NCBI GenBank assembly: GCA_964016885.1
Contig: OZ024741.1
Span: 59,954,001-60,018,000, forward strand
Direction of reading: 5' to 3'
DNA length: 64,000 nucleotides
DNA from: Eledone cirrhosa
Lineage: Eukaryota
The notes beneath the pieces are model-generated. The model was not told the origin of the DNA. It worked only from the letters and a program-made list of their open reading frames with translations, and made no database searches. Shown one piece after another: positions 42,316-55,740 of the stretch (its first letter is position 1; each line of letters starts with the position of its first letter). Position numbers and translations under genes: made by a program.

Positions 42316-42745
42316 AAAGGAATTCCATCTTTGTCTGATTTACTCGTTTTATTTACAATCTCTTTTAAAATTTATAATGGTATTAGAATGAAATAGTGTG
42401 GTACAATATTAAATGTTAACTGTTAATTGAACAAGTACTTTCATGCTTTCGCAATCTTCACGTTCATACTCCGTGGTGACAGTTAAGTTTGCAATTTTCA
42501 ACAGTTGAAAATTGCAAATTTGACTGTCACCACAGAATATGAACCCTAAGATTGCGAAAGCATTTAAAGTACTTGTTCCATCAAGACTCAACACTTAATA
42601 TTCCACCATACTACTTAATTCCAACACCACTACAAATTTTTAAGGATTGCAAATAAAACGAGTAAATCAGACAAAGTTGGAATTCCGTTTATTAATACAA
42701 TCCTCTATACACAATCACACACACCCGTGTATAATTATTTATATA
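42312..42745. repeat. Fold-back element, ~190-bp diverged arms centred at ~42503, between (TA)n tracts
   Basis: Centre ttttcaacagttgaaaa. The arms carry gattgc-GAAA-gcat, a possible HHR 3' half. Confidence 0.8.
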
Positions 42746-42754
42746 TAAATATAT

Positions 42755-42819
<65 letters not shown>

Positions 42820-43058
42820 TATACACGGGCGTGTATGATTGTGTATAGAAGACATAGTGGTAGAACACTGGAAGGTAATATCCTTAGTGTTAGAGCACTC
42901 AGTCCATGGGACTAGTTAGGTAGAAGTGGTTACACAACAGTTAGTTCACCATACCGAGAACAATCGTTTCACCTTAGCAATTATTTCATGAGCTGAGGAT
43001 CCGCTAAGGTGAAACAATTGTTCTCGGTATGGTGAACTAACTGTTGTGTAACCACTTA
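42820..43058. mobile_element. Mini fold-back with a complete minimal hammerhead at 42990-43025 (plus strand)
   Basis: gag-CTGAGGA-tccgctaaggt-GAAA-caattg-TT-ctc. Arms 42924-42978 and 43003-43057. Confidence 0.85.
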
Positions 43059-43066
43059 TATATATA

Positions 43067-44790
43067 TAGTAATAATAATAAATTTGAAGACTAAAATCCA
43101 AAGAGGGCTCGATAAGGACAAATATATATCAGATATATAAGAACCGTAGAGCAATATTTATAAAATAACAGATTAAAGTTTAAGCAAAGACTCGCTGCTT
43201 TCCCCTTTAACGAGATCTTCTGAACCTAAAAAAGTCAATCTGTGAACGCAGAAGTAAATATTTCAAAAACCGTTGCAACCGAAGGAAGACAGGAAGACGA
43301 TACTTTGGTTCTTGAAACGTTCGTTGGAAAAGAACGGAAAAAAAGGAAGATATTACGTCATTATTTGGTGCGGTGAAAACAATTACACGCAAAGACAAAA
43401 CAGCGTTTATGGTATAAATGAAGTAGTAGACTAATATTCTATTAGGTGGTTCATGGAGACGTTCTCTGGCAATGAACGAAAAAAAACGAAGATCATAGGT
43501 CATTATGTGGAGCGTTGAGAACAATTACACGCAAAGACAAAACCACGTAAAAGGGATAAAGTCGTAGACTAAAATTCTATTTAGCAAACCGAATGATTCT
43601 CGGCTTCAGAGTTAAGAGTAAAGTAAATTAAATACAGAGGTAATTGAAATTAAATATATACATACACGCATCCAAATACGTACAAACACAAGCATACGCG
43701 GAAACTCTCGCCATGGGTAAATACAAGCACGTACACAAAAAAACACGCACACACATACAGAACCCACGCAAAGCAATTACTCGCACACATACGAACGTAT
43801 ACACCAAATACACATAAAAATATATATAAAAAAATATATATATATACATATATGCGTGTGTGTGTGTGCGTGTATACATAATTAAATAAACGAATATAAA
43901 TATACACACGTAAATACGTATATAACGCGCGCACACACACACCTACATATATATACACATAAGTTCGCAGACGTATGTCAACCAAAATACAAAGTACACA
44001 TATACACACACCCAAATACGTACGAACACGCATACTCAAACAGACGCAAAACTCACGTATACACATAACCAAATGCACATGTACCAGTATATATAATATA
44101 TACGCCATAACATATACAAGCAAATATGAGTACGAGAAACTATACGTACCTTCAGAAAACATACAGGTAAAATATGCTTACCTATATAAATAAGTAATGG
44201 TATAAACATCACATATACTTAGCTACCACATTAAGACGTAAAATATCCGCGTATAGTTCGTACTATCCGTTAGGGTATAATGTCGGGCTGTAATACAGGA
44301 ACGTTTTGTGCAATTTCTATTTACAAGCCGAAATTTCCTCAGATTTGTTGTTTAAGATGTGGTCTTTGGCGTAGAGTATTTCCAGGGCCTCAGCGGCGCA
44401 GAGGTCACATGGTCTTTTATTTCCGTTATACGATCTAGCCCTAGCTAGGATCTCCCAGTGTAACTTATATTAGGTGTGGTTGTCTTTTAGACTCCAGATA
44501 TAAGCTGAAAGTGACGTCATATTCTTCTTAAAGGGTTAAGAAAAGAACGGGTATGCATGTAAAGACGCTGTTTGAATCTATTGGCGGTTAACCCTATGTA
44601 GGCCCTACGGGACGTGGGTGTTTCAACCGTACATCTGTGGACAATGTTACTAGAGAGACATTTCCCGGATAGGGGGAAGTCAACCCGATTCCTAAAATTA
44701 CAGTTCAGAGATTGACTTTTTAGTTTCAGAAGATCCCGTTAAGGGTAAAAGCAACGATTCTTTGCTTAAAATTTAATCTGTTATTTTATA
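43067..44790 (-). mobile_element. 5'-truncated Naiad-type PLE: GIY-YIG (44260-44702), 1.2-kb 3' pLTR with HHR 43169-43242, and short inverted pLTR 44704-44790
   Basis: See the GIY-YIG translation below. A family G HHR is present at both ends, with (TA)n flanks. Confidence 0.88.
44260..44702 (-). pseudogene. GIY-YIG endonuclease domain remnant (absent from the ORF track)
   Basis: Manual translation gives CNFRNRVDFPLSGKCLSSNIVHRCTVET..AYIGLTANRFKQRLYMHTRSF / TSLSAYIWSLKD..WEILARARSY..CDLCAAEALEIL..ILNNKSEEISAC. Confidence 0.88.
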
Positions 44791-44824
44791 TATATATATA
44801 TATATATATATTTAATATAGAAAA

Positions 44825-44875
44825 GGCTTCTACATGACTAGAACTCTTTCATTCAAGACAAATCATCAGGGAGCC
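44825..44875 (-). ncRNA. Hammerhead motif family I (stems partly degraded)
   Basis: ggctcc-CTGATGA-tttgtcttgaat-GAAA-gagttctagtcatg-TA-gaagcc. Confidence 0.65.
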
Positions 44876-45070
44876 AACTTCCCAAGTAGTATGGTAGTAT
44901 TTATATCTTTTCTGGTGGTGGGAGAGAGTAGTGGTTGGGAAGGGTGGAGGTCATTGGTTGATGGGTTTAAAGAAAAGAGAATTCTTTAAAAACTATGTTT
45001 AGAATAACAAAGGCAGAAAGAATTCTATAAACAAGTTCACCCTGGGGTATGTGTACACATTGTGTGTATA

Positions 45071-45410
<340 letters not shown>

Positions 45411-45475
45411 TATATAGATATGTGTGTATATCTATATATATGTATACGTGTATATGAATATGTATATATGTGTAT

Positions 45476-45527
<52 letters not shown>

Positions 45528-45528
<1 letters not shown>

Positions 45529-45641
45529 TTAACGAAGGAAATGTGGTAAGGAATTATTCATATACCAGGATAAACATTTTCATTTAGTCCAGAATTACCC
45601 GTCGAAACGGCTTAAGCTAAGCCGTCGGGGTCCTACTCGTT

Positions 45642-45645
<4 letters not shown>
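45528..45645. mobile_element. Rearranged family F fragment
   Basis: An inverted tail piece is joined to stem II-GAAA-cggc..gccg-TC-ggggt. Confidence 0.7.
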
Positions 45646-45685
<40 letters not shown>

Positions 45686-45692
<7 letters not shown>

Positions 45693-45988
45693 AAGCTTTG
45701 GAGGGTCATGTTGCCAATAAGATTCACACTTACAAGTTGCTTTCACCCCAATTTATTATGAATTAAATTCATAAATTTAAGAATTTATAAATTTCCGGTT
45801 GGTTGGTTGGTTCCACAACTGGACGGTTGTTCATATATTGTTAAAGTTCTTTCGTCACACATTCTGTGACCACTTCAGTGTCACAGAATGTGTGACACAA
45901 AAACAAGATGGCATAGGATAGAACAAAGGAGCGGCACAAAAACAAAGAAAAGAATCCCAAGTCACTGAATTGGTGACAGAATGTGTGA
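45686..45988. mobile_element. Rearranged family B pLTR fragment joined to the truncated end of the Tx1 LINE
   Basis: Matches 9800-9995 and 14180-14280, with multiple inversions around HHR stem II. Confidence 0.8.
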
Positions 45989-48900
45989 AGACGGGCCCAA
46001 AGCCAGCCACCTTCAGGACTGCCGCTAGGTAACGATGGTCGACCATATTGAAAGCTTTCGACTGATCTAAATTGATCAAGGACCCACCCGTGCCAGGTTC
46101 CCTAGCTACCCTCTCTACGATGTATCGCATGAGGTGGAGGTTTTCGTGGATGGATCTGTCGGGAATGACGCATGTCTGCGCGTCTCCCACCAGACCACCA
46201 ACGACAAGCGCCACCCTCTTTGCTAGCACCTTGGCCAGAATCTTCAACTCTGTGTTTAGCAGAGTTATGGGCTTGAAATTATCTATGTTATCCCCCTTGT
46301 TCGGATCCTTTCTCAGCAGCGCCACCGCTCCTCAGCTCTCGGGGCTGGGAAGTCTCCCGTTCTGTTGCCAGTTGCAGTAGACGTCCGCCAAGAGGCATCA
46401 GAACAAGGCTGGCATCTGTACGTAAAGTTCATAGAGCAGACCATCCAAACAAGGCGATTTACCCCTTGTGCAGCCAGTCATCGCCTCCCGTACTTCAGCG
46501 GCTGTTATCGGCTTTTCGCAACACTCCGCCTCAGTGGCCGAGAGCCGCGGCAGTCCGTCGAGGTAGACACTAAAGTCCATCCCTCGATCCGGTCCGCCGC
46601 TGCCCCCGAACAGCTGAGCGAAGTGTGGCTGAAAAGCTTCACACATATTCCCGGGACCGAGTAGCATGCGCCCGTCGTGGTCCACCAAAGACCGTATCGT
46701 GGATTTGTTGCCACGACGGGCTCATTGAACGGCTTTCGTCCCCTCGTGTCTGAGAGCACGCACCCCAGCTCTGACAAAGCAGCCTTCATGCTTTGCATTG
46801 AAGAATTGGTCAAGGGCCAATTTCGCCGCAAGTACGTCGGTCGCGAGGCCTTTGCTAAGCGCCTCGTCGATTTTTCTAACAAGTTCTCCCTCTGCTCTAT
46901 TTTTTGCTATAGCTAAAGCCTTACTAAACCTAATGGACTCTATTCTAATCGCTCTTTTCAAAGCAAACCACCACTTGTTGTTGACGATGGCTCCCATCAA
47001 CGCTCGCTTAACTAGTGCGTTAATCCGGTCTCTGTAGGCATTGCCCGCTGGTAAGGACGCGTTTAGCTTCCAGTAGCCGGGTCCTCGTCTATGAAGCCTA
47101 TCTAAGTCAAGCACACAGATCACGAATTTGTGGTCTGTGTAGCTGACTATCTTGAATTGTGGACAGCCTATGCTAGACCTATCTATTTTCCTACAAAATA
47201 CTCTATCTAGATATGATCTGGATGACCTTATGCAGTTTGTCCAAGTCCACATTGGCACATTCGGGAAGCCCAATCGCTACCTGTCAGACAGTTCAAAACG
47301 CCTGAGCAGGTTGGAGAGGCTCTTGCACCCTCCTTCCCTATCCGCTAATCCCACACAGTCCCAGCGTGCATCTAAGATCCCGTTCCAGTCGCCCACTAAC
47401 ACTAAAGAGCGGGACGTCCTAGAAAGGTCTAAAGACGACGGAAGTAATCAGGCCGCCCTGCTCCTGTCGGGGCATAGACGACCACTAGCCTGAAAGCTTG
47501 CCAGTCTCCGCTGGTCACGTCAAGCACCACCAACTTACCTTCTGGGTCTAGGGAGATGGCCCGTATGGCGAGATCCAAACCTCTCCGAAAAAGCACAGCA
47601 ACTCGTCCCCCCGATTCTGGACGGCTGGGAGATGCGTACACATCGTAGCCGCCGAAGATCGGTGCGAAGGCCCGTGCTTCGGAGATTCTGGTCTCGCTGA
47701 TGGCCACTACATCTATGTTTAGTGACCTGAGGTCGTTGAGCAGGTGGCCCTGCTTCCATGACGACCCCAAGCCACGCGCATTTATCCTGCCTATTCTGAG
47801 TGAGGTTATGTTGAAATGGAGTGGAAACGATGGGAAATACCACTTACCTTACTTCTGGTAGAAGAAGGATGGTTTGTCCATCCTTTTCACTGAATGTGGC
47901 CTCCTCCGGAAGGATGTCCGTATAAATCCTCCTGGACAGTGCTTGTCGGAAGTCTCCGGTGTCTTTGGGGAATTTTTGTTTTAGTGTCGTGTACGTTTTC
48001 TGTGTGATGCGAGTGATTTGTATATGTGGAGGTAGTGTGAACGTTTGGGTTGTTGTGTAGTCTTTTTCTGTGATGCTGGTGTTGTGTTGGATGTAGTGTA
48101 ATAATTGGTTGTTGTTCAAATTTAATGCTGTGTAGTGTGTATCGTTTTGGTTGTTTTGTTTTGTTTGTGTTTGTTGTGGGTTTGTTTCTGTTTCGCTTTT
48201 TGGTGACTTTTGTGGTGTTGGTGATGGTGGTGTTGGGGTTAATGATGGTGATGGTGTTGGTGTTTGTGGTGATGGGGTTTGTGATGCTGGTGTGGATGGT
48301 GTCATATCTGTCCTAACTTTTTTGTTTGATAGTTTATTTGTTGCTCTCTGTATTTTGTTTTTAGAGGGAGAGGGAAGAGAATTTTTTCTTTTTTGGTTTC
48401 TTTTTTTTGTCTTTTCCTGATACCGTTTCCCACTCCTCGTCGTCACAATCTGTCTCTAGTTGTGATAGGCCGGGGAGTGGAAAATCCTCAACAGGCGTTG
48501 GTTTTGGTTGTGGCGTGGTGAATGGTGTAGGCGCTGGTGCTAGTTCTGGCTCGTTGGGTGGTGGTGGTCTTGGTTTTGCTACTGTTGCTGGGGTTGTTGC
48601 TGTTACAGTTGCTTCTCTTGTTTTCTACTACAGCTGTTGCTGCCATCTCTGCTGCTGGTGGTGTTGATGGTTGAGTAACTGGGGTGGGTAAGAGAGGTGG
48701 CGTCGACCTTTTAGCCTGAGGGCAGAAAGCCCTTAGGTGGGTTCCTTCACACAAACGACACACCTAGGCATTCTGCCCTCACGATTACGGTGAGGTGGCT
48801 GCCGTCAGTGAGGTCTATTACCTCTGGGATCTCCTCAATACTTTTTTTGGTCCGCTTGGATCAGGAGCTCCATCCCATATCCGGACCAGTTCTCCTGCTT

Positions 48901-49974
48901 TTCTTTCGCTATTTCGATTAGCTTGGTGTTGGCCTCGATGCCGGCGAGGACGGCAGCTATTAGCCAGGGAATTTCGATGGCCGGTGGAACGTGGGTGAGC
49001 CTGATCTTTACGAGTCTCTGGCCACAATAGCTTGGGACGAGGGTGAAGTCGTCACTTCTTAATGGGGCCATGGAGTGTTCTCTAGCCTCCTCTGGTGTTT
49101 CAAAGAACACGTCCACGGTTCCATATTTCTGCCCACGTCTGATGTGGCGTTTTTTGCCCACACATGTCCCAAAGCTTTTTGGATTTGGGACTCGGATGCC
49201 CGTTCCACTCGGTGCCGATGCTCCATTTTATTAGGTGTGTGTGGGGGCGGGGCTGAGGCTGACCCTGTACCCATCTTTCTTTACCATTTTTTTGGCTTCT
49301 TCTAATTCCTCCTGAGTTACCTGAAATGCTTCGCACAGTTTTGCTACTCTGGTAAAACTCAGGGTGGTTTTCTTAATGACATTGTTGCCGGTGTTGTTAT
49401 CGTTATTTTTGTTATTATTAATTTTAGTTTCAGTTGTGGTGGTGGAGGCGTCAGTGGTGTTCGGTGTGGAAGAGTTCATTTTGGTTGAATTCATTTCGAT
49501 ATCACGAGTTAATTTAATTTTTTCTTTTGTTTCTGTTGTCGCGGTGGTGGTGGGGTGGTGGTTTTCGCGGTGGTGGTGGTGCTGCCGGCTTTAACACCTG
49601 CAGTCATTGCTAATGGCGGGAAATGAATGCCTGGCTGAGACAAATTAAAAATATTGCTACTGCTTATATTTTTAGTGTTGGCAAACGTAGTAATATTTAC
49701 AATGGTGGTGTCGGTGTGAGCTGTTAGTTTGTGAGAAAGGAGTGACTCTGAGTCAGCCATAATTTTTCAAAGAAAAATATTTGTTTGATAATTATAAAAG
49801 TTTAAATTTTGGGCTCAAGGCCCCAATCTTTTGGGGTGTCCTTTTCAGATAACAATGTATGTGCACTTATATACAGTTAACAATTAAAAATCTTCATGAA
49901 TGACAATTTTAAACAACTGAAAATAACAAACCTTTGCGGAGCTCACGATAATACGATTTACTACGTAGGTCGCC
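45986..49974 (-). mobile_element. L1/Tx1-clade LINE with 5' end present, truncated within the RT
   Basis: ORF1 remnants (47844-49760) with a CRLCEGTHLRAFCP zinc knuckle. ORF2 has APE motifs INARGL, VAISET, VVVYAPT, SYLDRVF, TDHK and GPGYWKLNASL, and RT motifs NFKPITLLNTELKILAK and LDQSKAF. Confidence 0.92.
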
Positions 49975-50018
<44 letters not shown>

Positions 50019-50031
50019 TAATAATAATAAT
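49975..50031. repeat. (AAT)n microsatellite at the Tx1 5' junction
   Basis: Directly visible. Confidence 0.95.
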
Positions 50032-50359
50032 ATATTTCGGATCCATAATATATTGTCATATCGCTCAAATATTCAATTTTGTATTATGTATTTTATATTC
50101 AAAAAAGAAAATGGTTATAAATGGAAGAAAACTCCCTCTGTCTACACTATATAGAACAGCCAAATAACAGCAATTTCACCAACACCAGAAACTTGATACA
50201 CCACCTACCCCATCACCCCGCTGTGTACACTAAATATAACAGCCAGATAACGGCAATTTCACCACCACCACCACCAATCCCAACATCATAATAATAATTA
50301 CTATTATTATTGTCTCAAGTTTTAACAAAATATTTAATTCCAATTTTACGGGAATATCT

Positions 50360-50503
50360 CAACACATATATTAAACATACGCGACACAAACGCATAGATA
50401 CTACAGATCAAACAAAACTAGTCTATTCAACACAGATATTAAACATACGCGACACAAACGCATAGATACTACATATCAAAAAAAACAACTAGTCCACTCA
50501 ACA
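50360..50503. repeat. Tandem duplication of a ~68-bp unit
   Basis: caacaca.atattaaacatacgcgacacaaacgcatagatactaca occurs twice. Confidence 0.85.
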
Positions 50504-50979
50504 AAACTCAGTAACGAACAGCGCCACCGCCGCCACCACTCCATCCATCATTGCTACCACTACCCCATCATCGCCGTCACCACTCAGTCATTGCTACCAC
50601 CACTATTCCCCTGTTAACTTAAGAAAGAAAGGGGAAGGTGGCGGTATCACTAGACAAGGGACAGGCTAGCAAAATATATAAATAGATTGACTTAGTGACC
50701 TGGCCACCGGCCAAACTTCGACAACTATGGCACTGCTGGCTCCCCCCTTCCTCACCAACAAGATAAAAAGCCCCAGCACCACCACCGACATAGTCAACAA
50801 CAATAACAGGCAACTTCAGCAAAAAGTATATTATATTATTGTAATGCACTGGGTGATTGCTGGCCTTGTGCCTGGAGTGGAGACAATTATTATTATTAAT
50901 AATTTCATTCTTAAGCCACGCAATGTTCACATTAAGGAACCACTCATGATAATAACAATTTAGAAAAACAATAAAAAAG

Positions 50980-53900
50980 GAAACCCCGTGACCAAGAAAT
51001 ACCAGGATGGCGGGCGGCGGGGAATAGCCGTGTCTCTAGGGTAGAACGACCCCTCTAGTCTTGGATGACACTCGTTCTAGAAGTGGTAACACGAAATGAT
51101 TACCCCTTGGCGGATAAGGATAAAACGCGACAAAATAAAGTAAATGTCTAATGATAAAATCTCATACCGGATCGGCCGTCACCCGGGTAAAAAAGGGCCG
51201 CGTCCCTCAGAGAGGAACCAGACTGGGGTCGAAAAATCAGCTAATGGTTCAAACCTTCCCATCACTTCGGAGCTGGAGACCTCCCATAACCGGAATACTC
51301 CTACTGTTGGCCCTCCATGCTCACCACCAAGAAATCCAAAGAAAAGGAGAGAAAAATGGTCAAGGGAAGATAATAAAGAAGTTCTTGAGGCTTTCTACAC
51401 TGCCATGTACTACCCATCAAATACATCGAATACAGAACAGACATATATCAACTGGAAAAAGAAACATCCCGAAAACAGAGGCTATATTGACAGTAACAAA
51501 CTAGCCAATATACGAAGAAACATTGTAAAAAAAAAGTTACTAACTGATATAGAAATTGATCAGATCAAGCTATTAGCACAAAGTCAGCGAAGGAAAAATG
51601 AAACATGTGTCAGTGAAAACGAGGTAAATTGTAACACATCGAATCCCAGGGTTGGGGCGGAATCACTGGCAACAGAATAAATTGAAGAAAGGATCGAAAA
51701 AGTTGAGGGAGTGCATGCTCAAGATGAAACTCCAAATGAAAATAATGAGATCGTAAATGATAAAGAAATGAATGAGAATGAACTTGCCAACTTGAAGGAT
51801 GAAATTATGATCGAATGGATGAAAATGAAAGAATCTGACATGGGGCAACGAGACACCCTCCCTAAGATCCAGAACTCCAAACAGAACCAAAAGATAATAC
51901 ACAAGACTAACATAATTCTCAAAAACATTATCATCACAAACAAACTAAACATTACTGATTTAAATCATCTCTATTATGCATCGGCTAAAGTCACCACTCA
52001 CTTATGTGGAGTGAAGATGAAAAAACAATGGAATTCCCACAAGAAATCTACTTGGCAAGAGAACATCAATCGCCAAATAAACCTTCTCCGATCTGACATA
52101 GAAATTTTAACAAACTATAAAGTAGGTGAACATGTTAAACAAACTAAACTTAGAAAATTGAAAAGAAAGTACAGTATAAAATCAACAAGTGACATAGATA
52201 TGCTGATAGAAATAATCAAGCAAAAAGTGTCGGCCAAAGCTGCTCTTATAAGGTGCTTTGAAAAGCGATCTAGATTCTATAAGGACAATAATATGTTTAA
52301 AAACAACCAAAGAAACTTCTACAGAAAAATTGGTAAGTCAACAATAACTGCTAAATCAATACCACCCAAGGAGGAAGTGCAAGAATTCTGGGAAAAGATC
52401 TGGGCCGAAGAAAAAGTTCATAACATACATGCCCCATGGATAGACAGACAAATGAAAGATACATCTCACCTTGAGGAACAAATATGGGAAAACATAACAG
52501 TTGAACAGTGGCTCTAAGAAAAACCAACAAATGGAAATCCCCTGGAAAAGACAAAATACAACATTTTTGGATAAATGCCTTCCCAGAGTCTCATGAGCTG
52601 TTAGACCAACTTTACCATGAAATAGTTAAGGAGCCAGATAAGATACCATCATGGCTAGTTAACGGCATTACATTCCTGCTTCCGAAGAATCATGAGACAA
52701 ACAATCCCAAAAATTACAGACCGATAACTTGCTTGACCACAATGTATAAAATTTTAAAATCAGTCCTAACTGAATACACATATGACCACCTGATAACAAA
52801 TGACCTATTTCCCATTGAGCAGAAAGGGTGTAAACGAGACTCATATGGCTGTAAGGATCAGCTTTTGGTTAACAAAATGATACTGGAAGATTGTCATAAT
52901 AGACACAAAAATCTATCAAGTGCTTGGATAGATTATAAAAAAAGCATTCGATAGTTTGCCACACAGTTGGATTGAAAATGTTTAGAGATTTTCAAAATAT
53001 CCCCCTTTGTCGGGAGGTTTTTGTCATTCAGTATGAAGACATGGAAAACGACACTCCTTTTGAATAGGGAAACAAAATCACTGGAAGCTGGAGAAGTAAA
53101 TATTAATTGTGGAATTTTTCAGGGTGACTCTTTATCACCGCTTTTATTCTGCATCGCACTTATACCATTAAGTAAAATGCTCAATGAAACAAAACATGGA
53201 TATAGAGTCTATGACGAAGCCATTAATCACTTGTTCTACATGGATGACAGAAACTATTTGCAAAAAATGATGAACAATTGCAAGGGCTATTATCCACTGT
53301 GGAGCAGTTCAGTGATGACATTAAAATGGAGTTTGGACTAGATAAATGCGCCAAAGCAACGTTCACAAGAGGAAAGCTGTTGAAGAGTTCAGACATTAAT
53401 CTTGATCGGGGGAACGTGATAAGAGTACTTGATCAAGAAAAAACTTACAAATATCTAGGTGTTTGTGAAGGAGACGGAATCAAGCACTCGACAATGAGGG
53501 AAAGGATAAGGAGGGAATGTTACCGCAGAGTAAGAGCAATCTTAAGAACGGAATTGAATGCAAGGAATAGGATCGATGCCATAAACACGCTTGCCATACC
53601 AGTAGTAACCTACAGTTACAATGTCATCAACTGGTCAAGCACAGAGATCCGTAGGCTCGATACAAAAATTCGAAAATGCTTAACCATGCATAGAATGCAT
53701 CACCCTAACGCAGATATAGATAGAATATATCTCCCTAGGAAAGAAGGAGGACGTGGGTTAGTCCAGTTAGACATTGCGTTGAAAACAGCAACAATTGGAT
53801 TATGTACATATCTAAAGGAATCACATGATTGGATGATCAAACTCGTTTTGAAACACGAAAGCATAAAAAGATCATATTCCATTACAAAAGATGCACAAAG

Positions 53901-54927
53901 ATACAGTAATGGACTACAAATTTCAGAAGTCCCATTTGCTGCTGAAATGAAAACACAGAAAAAGCAAAGCAGGTAAAAGTAACTGCAAAGAAAGAACTGC
54001 TACAGAAACTGGCTAAGAAATGGCAAGAAAAGCCTCTGTATGGAAAATACCCAGAACGAGCTAACAATCCTGATGTTGACAAAACTTTAATCCATCAGTG
54101 GTTGGCATCCTCTGGACTGAAATCGGAGACTGAAGGACTGATTATATCAGCACAAGATCAGTGTCTGCCAACAAAAAATTACCAAGCCAACATAATAAAA
54201 AATGGATGCAGCCCATTATGCTGTGTATGCAAAAAACAACCAGAGACCATTGACCATATAATTTCAATGTGCAGTCCTATAGCTCCAACCGAATACCTAA
54301 ACAGGCATGACAGAACTGCACAATACATACATTGGATAATGTGTAAGCATTTTGACCTGCCCCATCAAAGAATTGGTGGGAGCATCAACCACCTCCCATA
54401 CTTGAAAAAGATCACATCTCAATCTTGTGGAACTTTAGCATCCAAACAGACCGAAAAATAGATGCAAATAGACCTGATATAATATTGAAGGACTTTAAAA
54501 AGAGGGTATGCCTGCTAATTGATATGTCTGTTCCAATAGACAAGAATGTATCTATAAAAACATTTGAAATATTGAGCAAGTATAACGACCTGGAGATAGA
54601 AATTGGAAAAATGTGGAAATTGAGAACTAAAACAATACCAGTGATTGTAGGCGCTCTAGGAATGATACCTAAGGGGTCTAATGAAAACTTATCGCAAATC
54701 CCAGGAAACCCCTGTATAGGAGAAATACAAAAGATAGTACTAATGGGAACTGCCCATATACTAAGGAAGATTATGTCAATATAAGTACATCACAAGTCTA
54801 AACACCTAAAGATGCATGTGTGTGTATGTATGTTCTTTCTTGAAAATGGCGGACCTTGTTGTCTCTTGAGGTCACTGGTTGTGACTTGGTGATAACTCGT
54901 ATGAACATAAAGCAAGATATATGCAAC

Positions 54928-54968
<41 letters not shown>
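50980..54968 (+). mobile_element. Near full-length Dong/R4-clade LINE (single ORF 51144-54784 with RT, CCHC and restriction-like endonuclease), carrying several stops/frameshifts
   Basis: KWSREDNKEV..FY, PKNYRPITCLTTMYK, WIDYKK, GIFQGDSLSPLLFC, HLFYMDD, CCVCKKQPETIDHIISMC, RHD, RPDII..LIDMSVP, and a 3' (TAA)n tract. Confidence 0.92.
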
Positions 54969-54971
<3 letters not shown>

Positions 54972-55740
54972 TATATATATATATTTAATTTCTTAATAAA
55001 ACATTTAAAGTGTCATATTGATTGTTAAAACTTGATGGTTGTTTTTAAATAATCCGTGGATTTTTCGTGAGGTCACTTATTAAATGTATAAATATATGAC
55101 GTTACCACAACACTAGACATAATCATATTGATGATTTCACACACTCAACCACATATACTGTATTTATTTATATTTTCTTTTGTTTGCATTGGAATTCTAA
55201 CAGAGTAAAGATTTTATTAAAATTTTCAATTAATATTCAATTAAGATTCTGGTGCAAAATTATTCTTCTCATGCCGAAAACATAATGTGCATTCATTAAA
55301 AGATCAATAATAACGTCTCGTCTGTGCTCTCAGGCACTCAGACATTTGTCACGAAGCTAATATTTTAGAAAGAAAAAGTTATGTCATTCTAAATTAGTAA
55401 TGGTTGTCATACCGGACCAAGGAAACGGTGTTTTTATTGGTCTTTTATTTGCGGATAATATCTGCCGGTACACACCCACCAGAAGAAAGGAGTCGCTCAT
55501 CAGATCGGACCAAGGAAGACATGTTTCCATTTGTTTCTTCATTGCAGATACTATCTGTCAGTCTCATCTCCTGGCAGAAAGAGTAACGCGAAATACAATT
55601 GTTGCTCAAGAACACAACGCACCTCCATTTCTAAGAATCAAACCCACGCTCTTATGATTATGACTCCAACACACTAACGTCTACCTTTCCTCATCATCTA
55701 GATGTAATTAGTATTGTTAGTATTTTATGTTTATCGAATA

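Noticed and set aside
51030-51110. Possible HDV-like or hammerhead ribozyme in the Dong 5' UTR
   Set aside because: A gac-ccctcta-gtc P3/L3-like piece exists, but P1, P1.1 and P2 could not be assembled.
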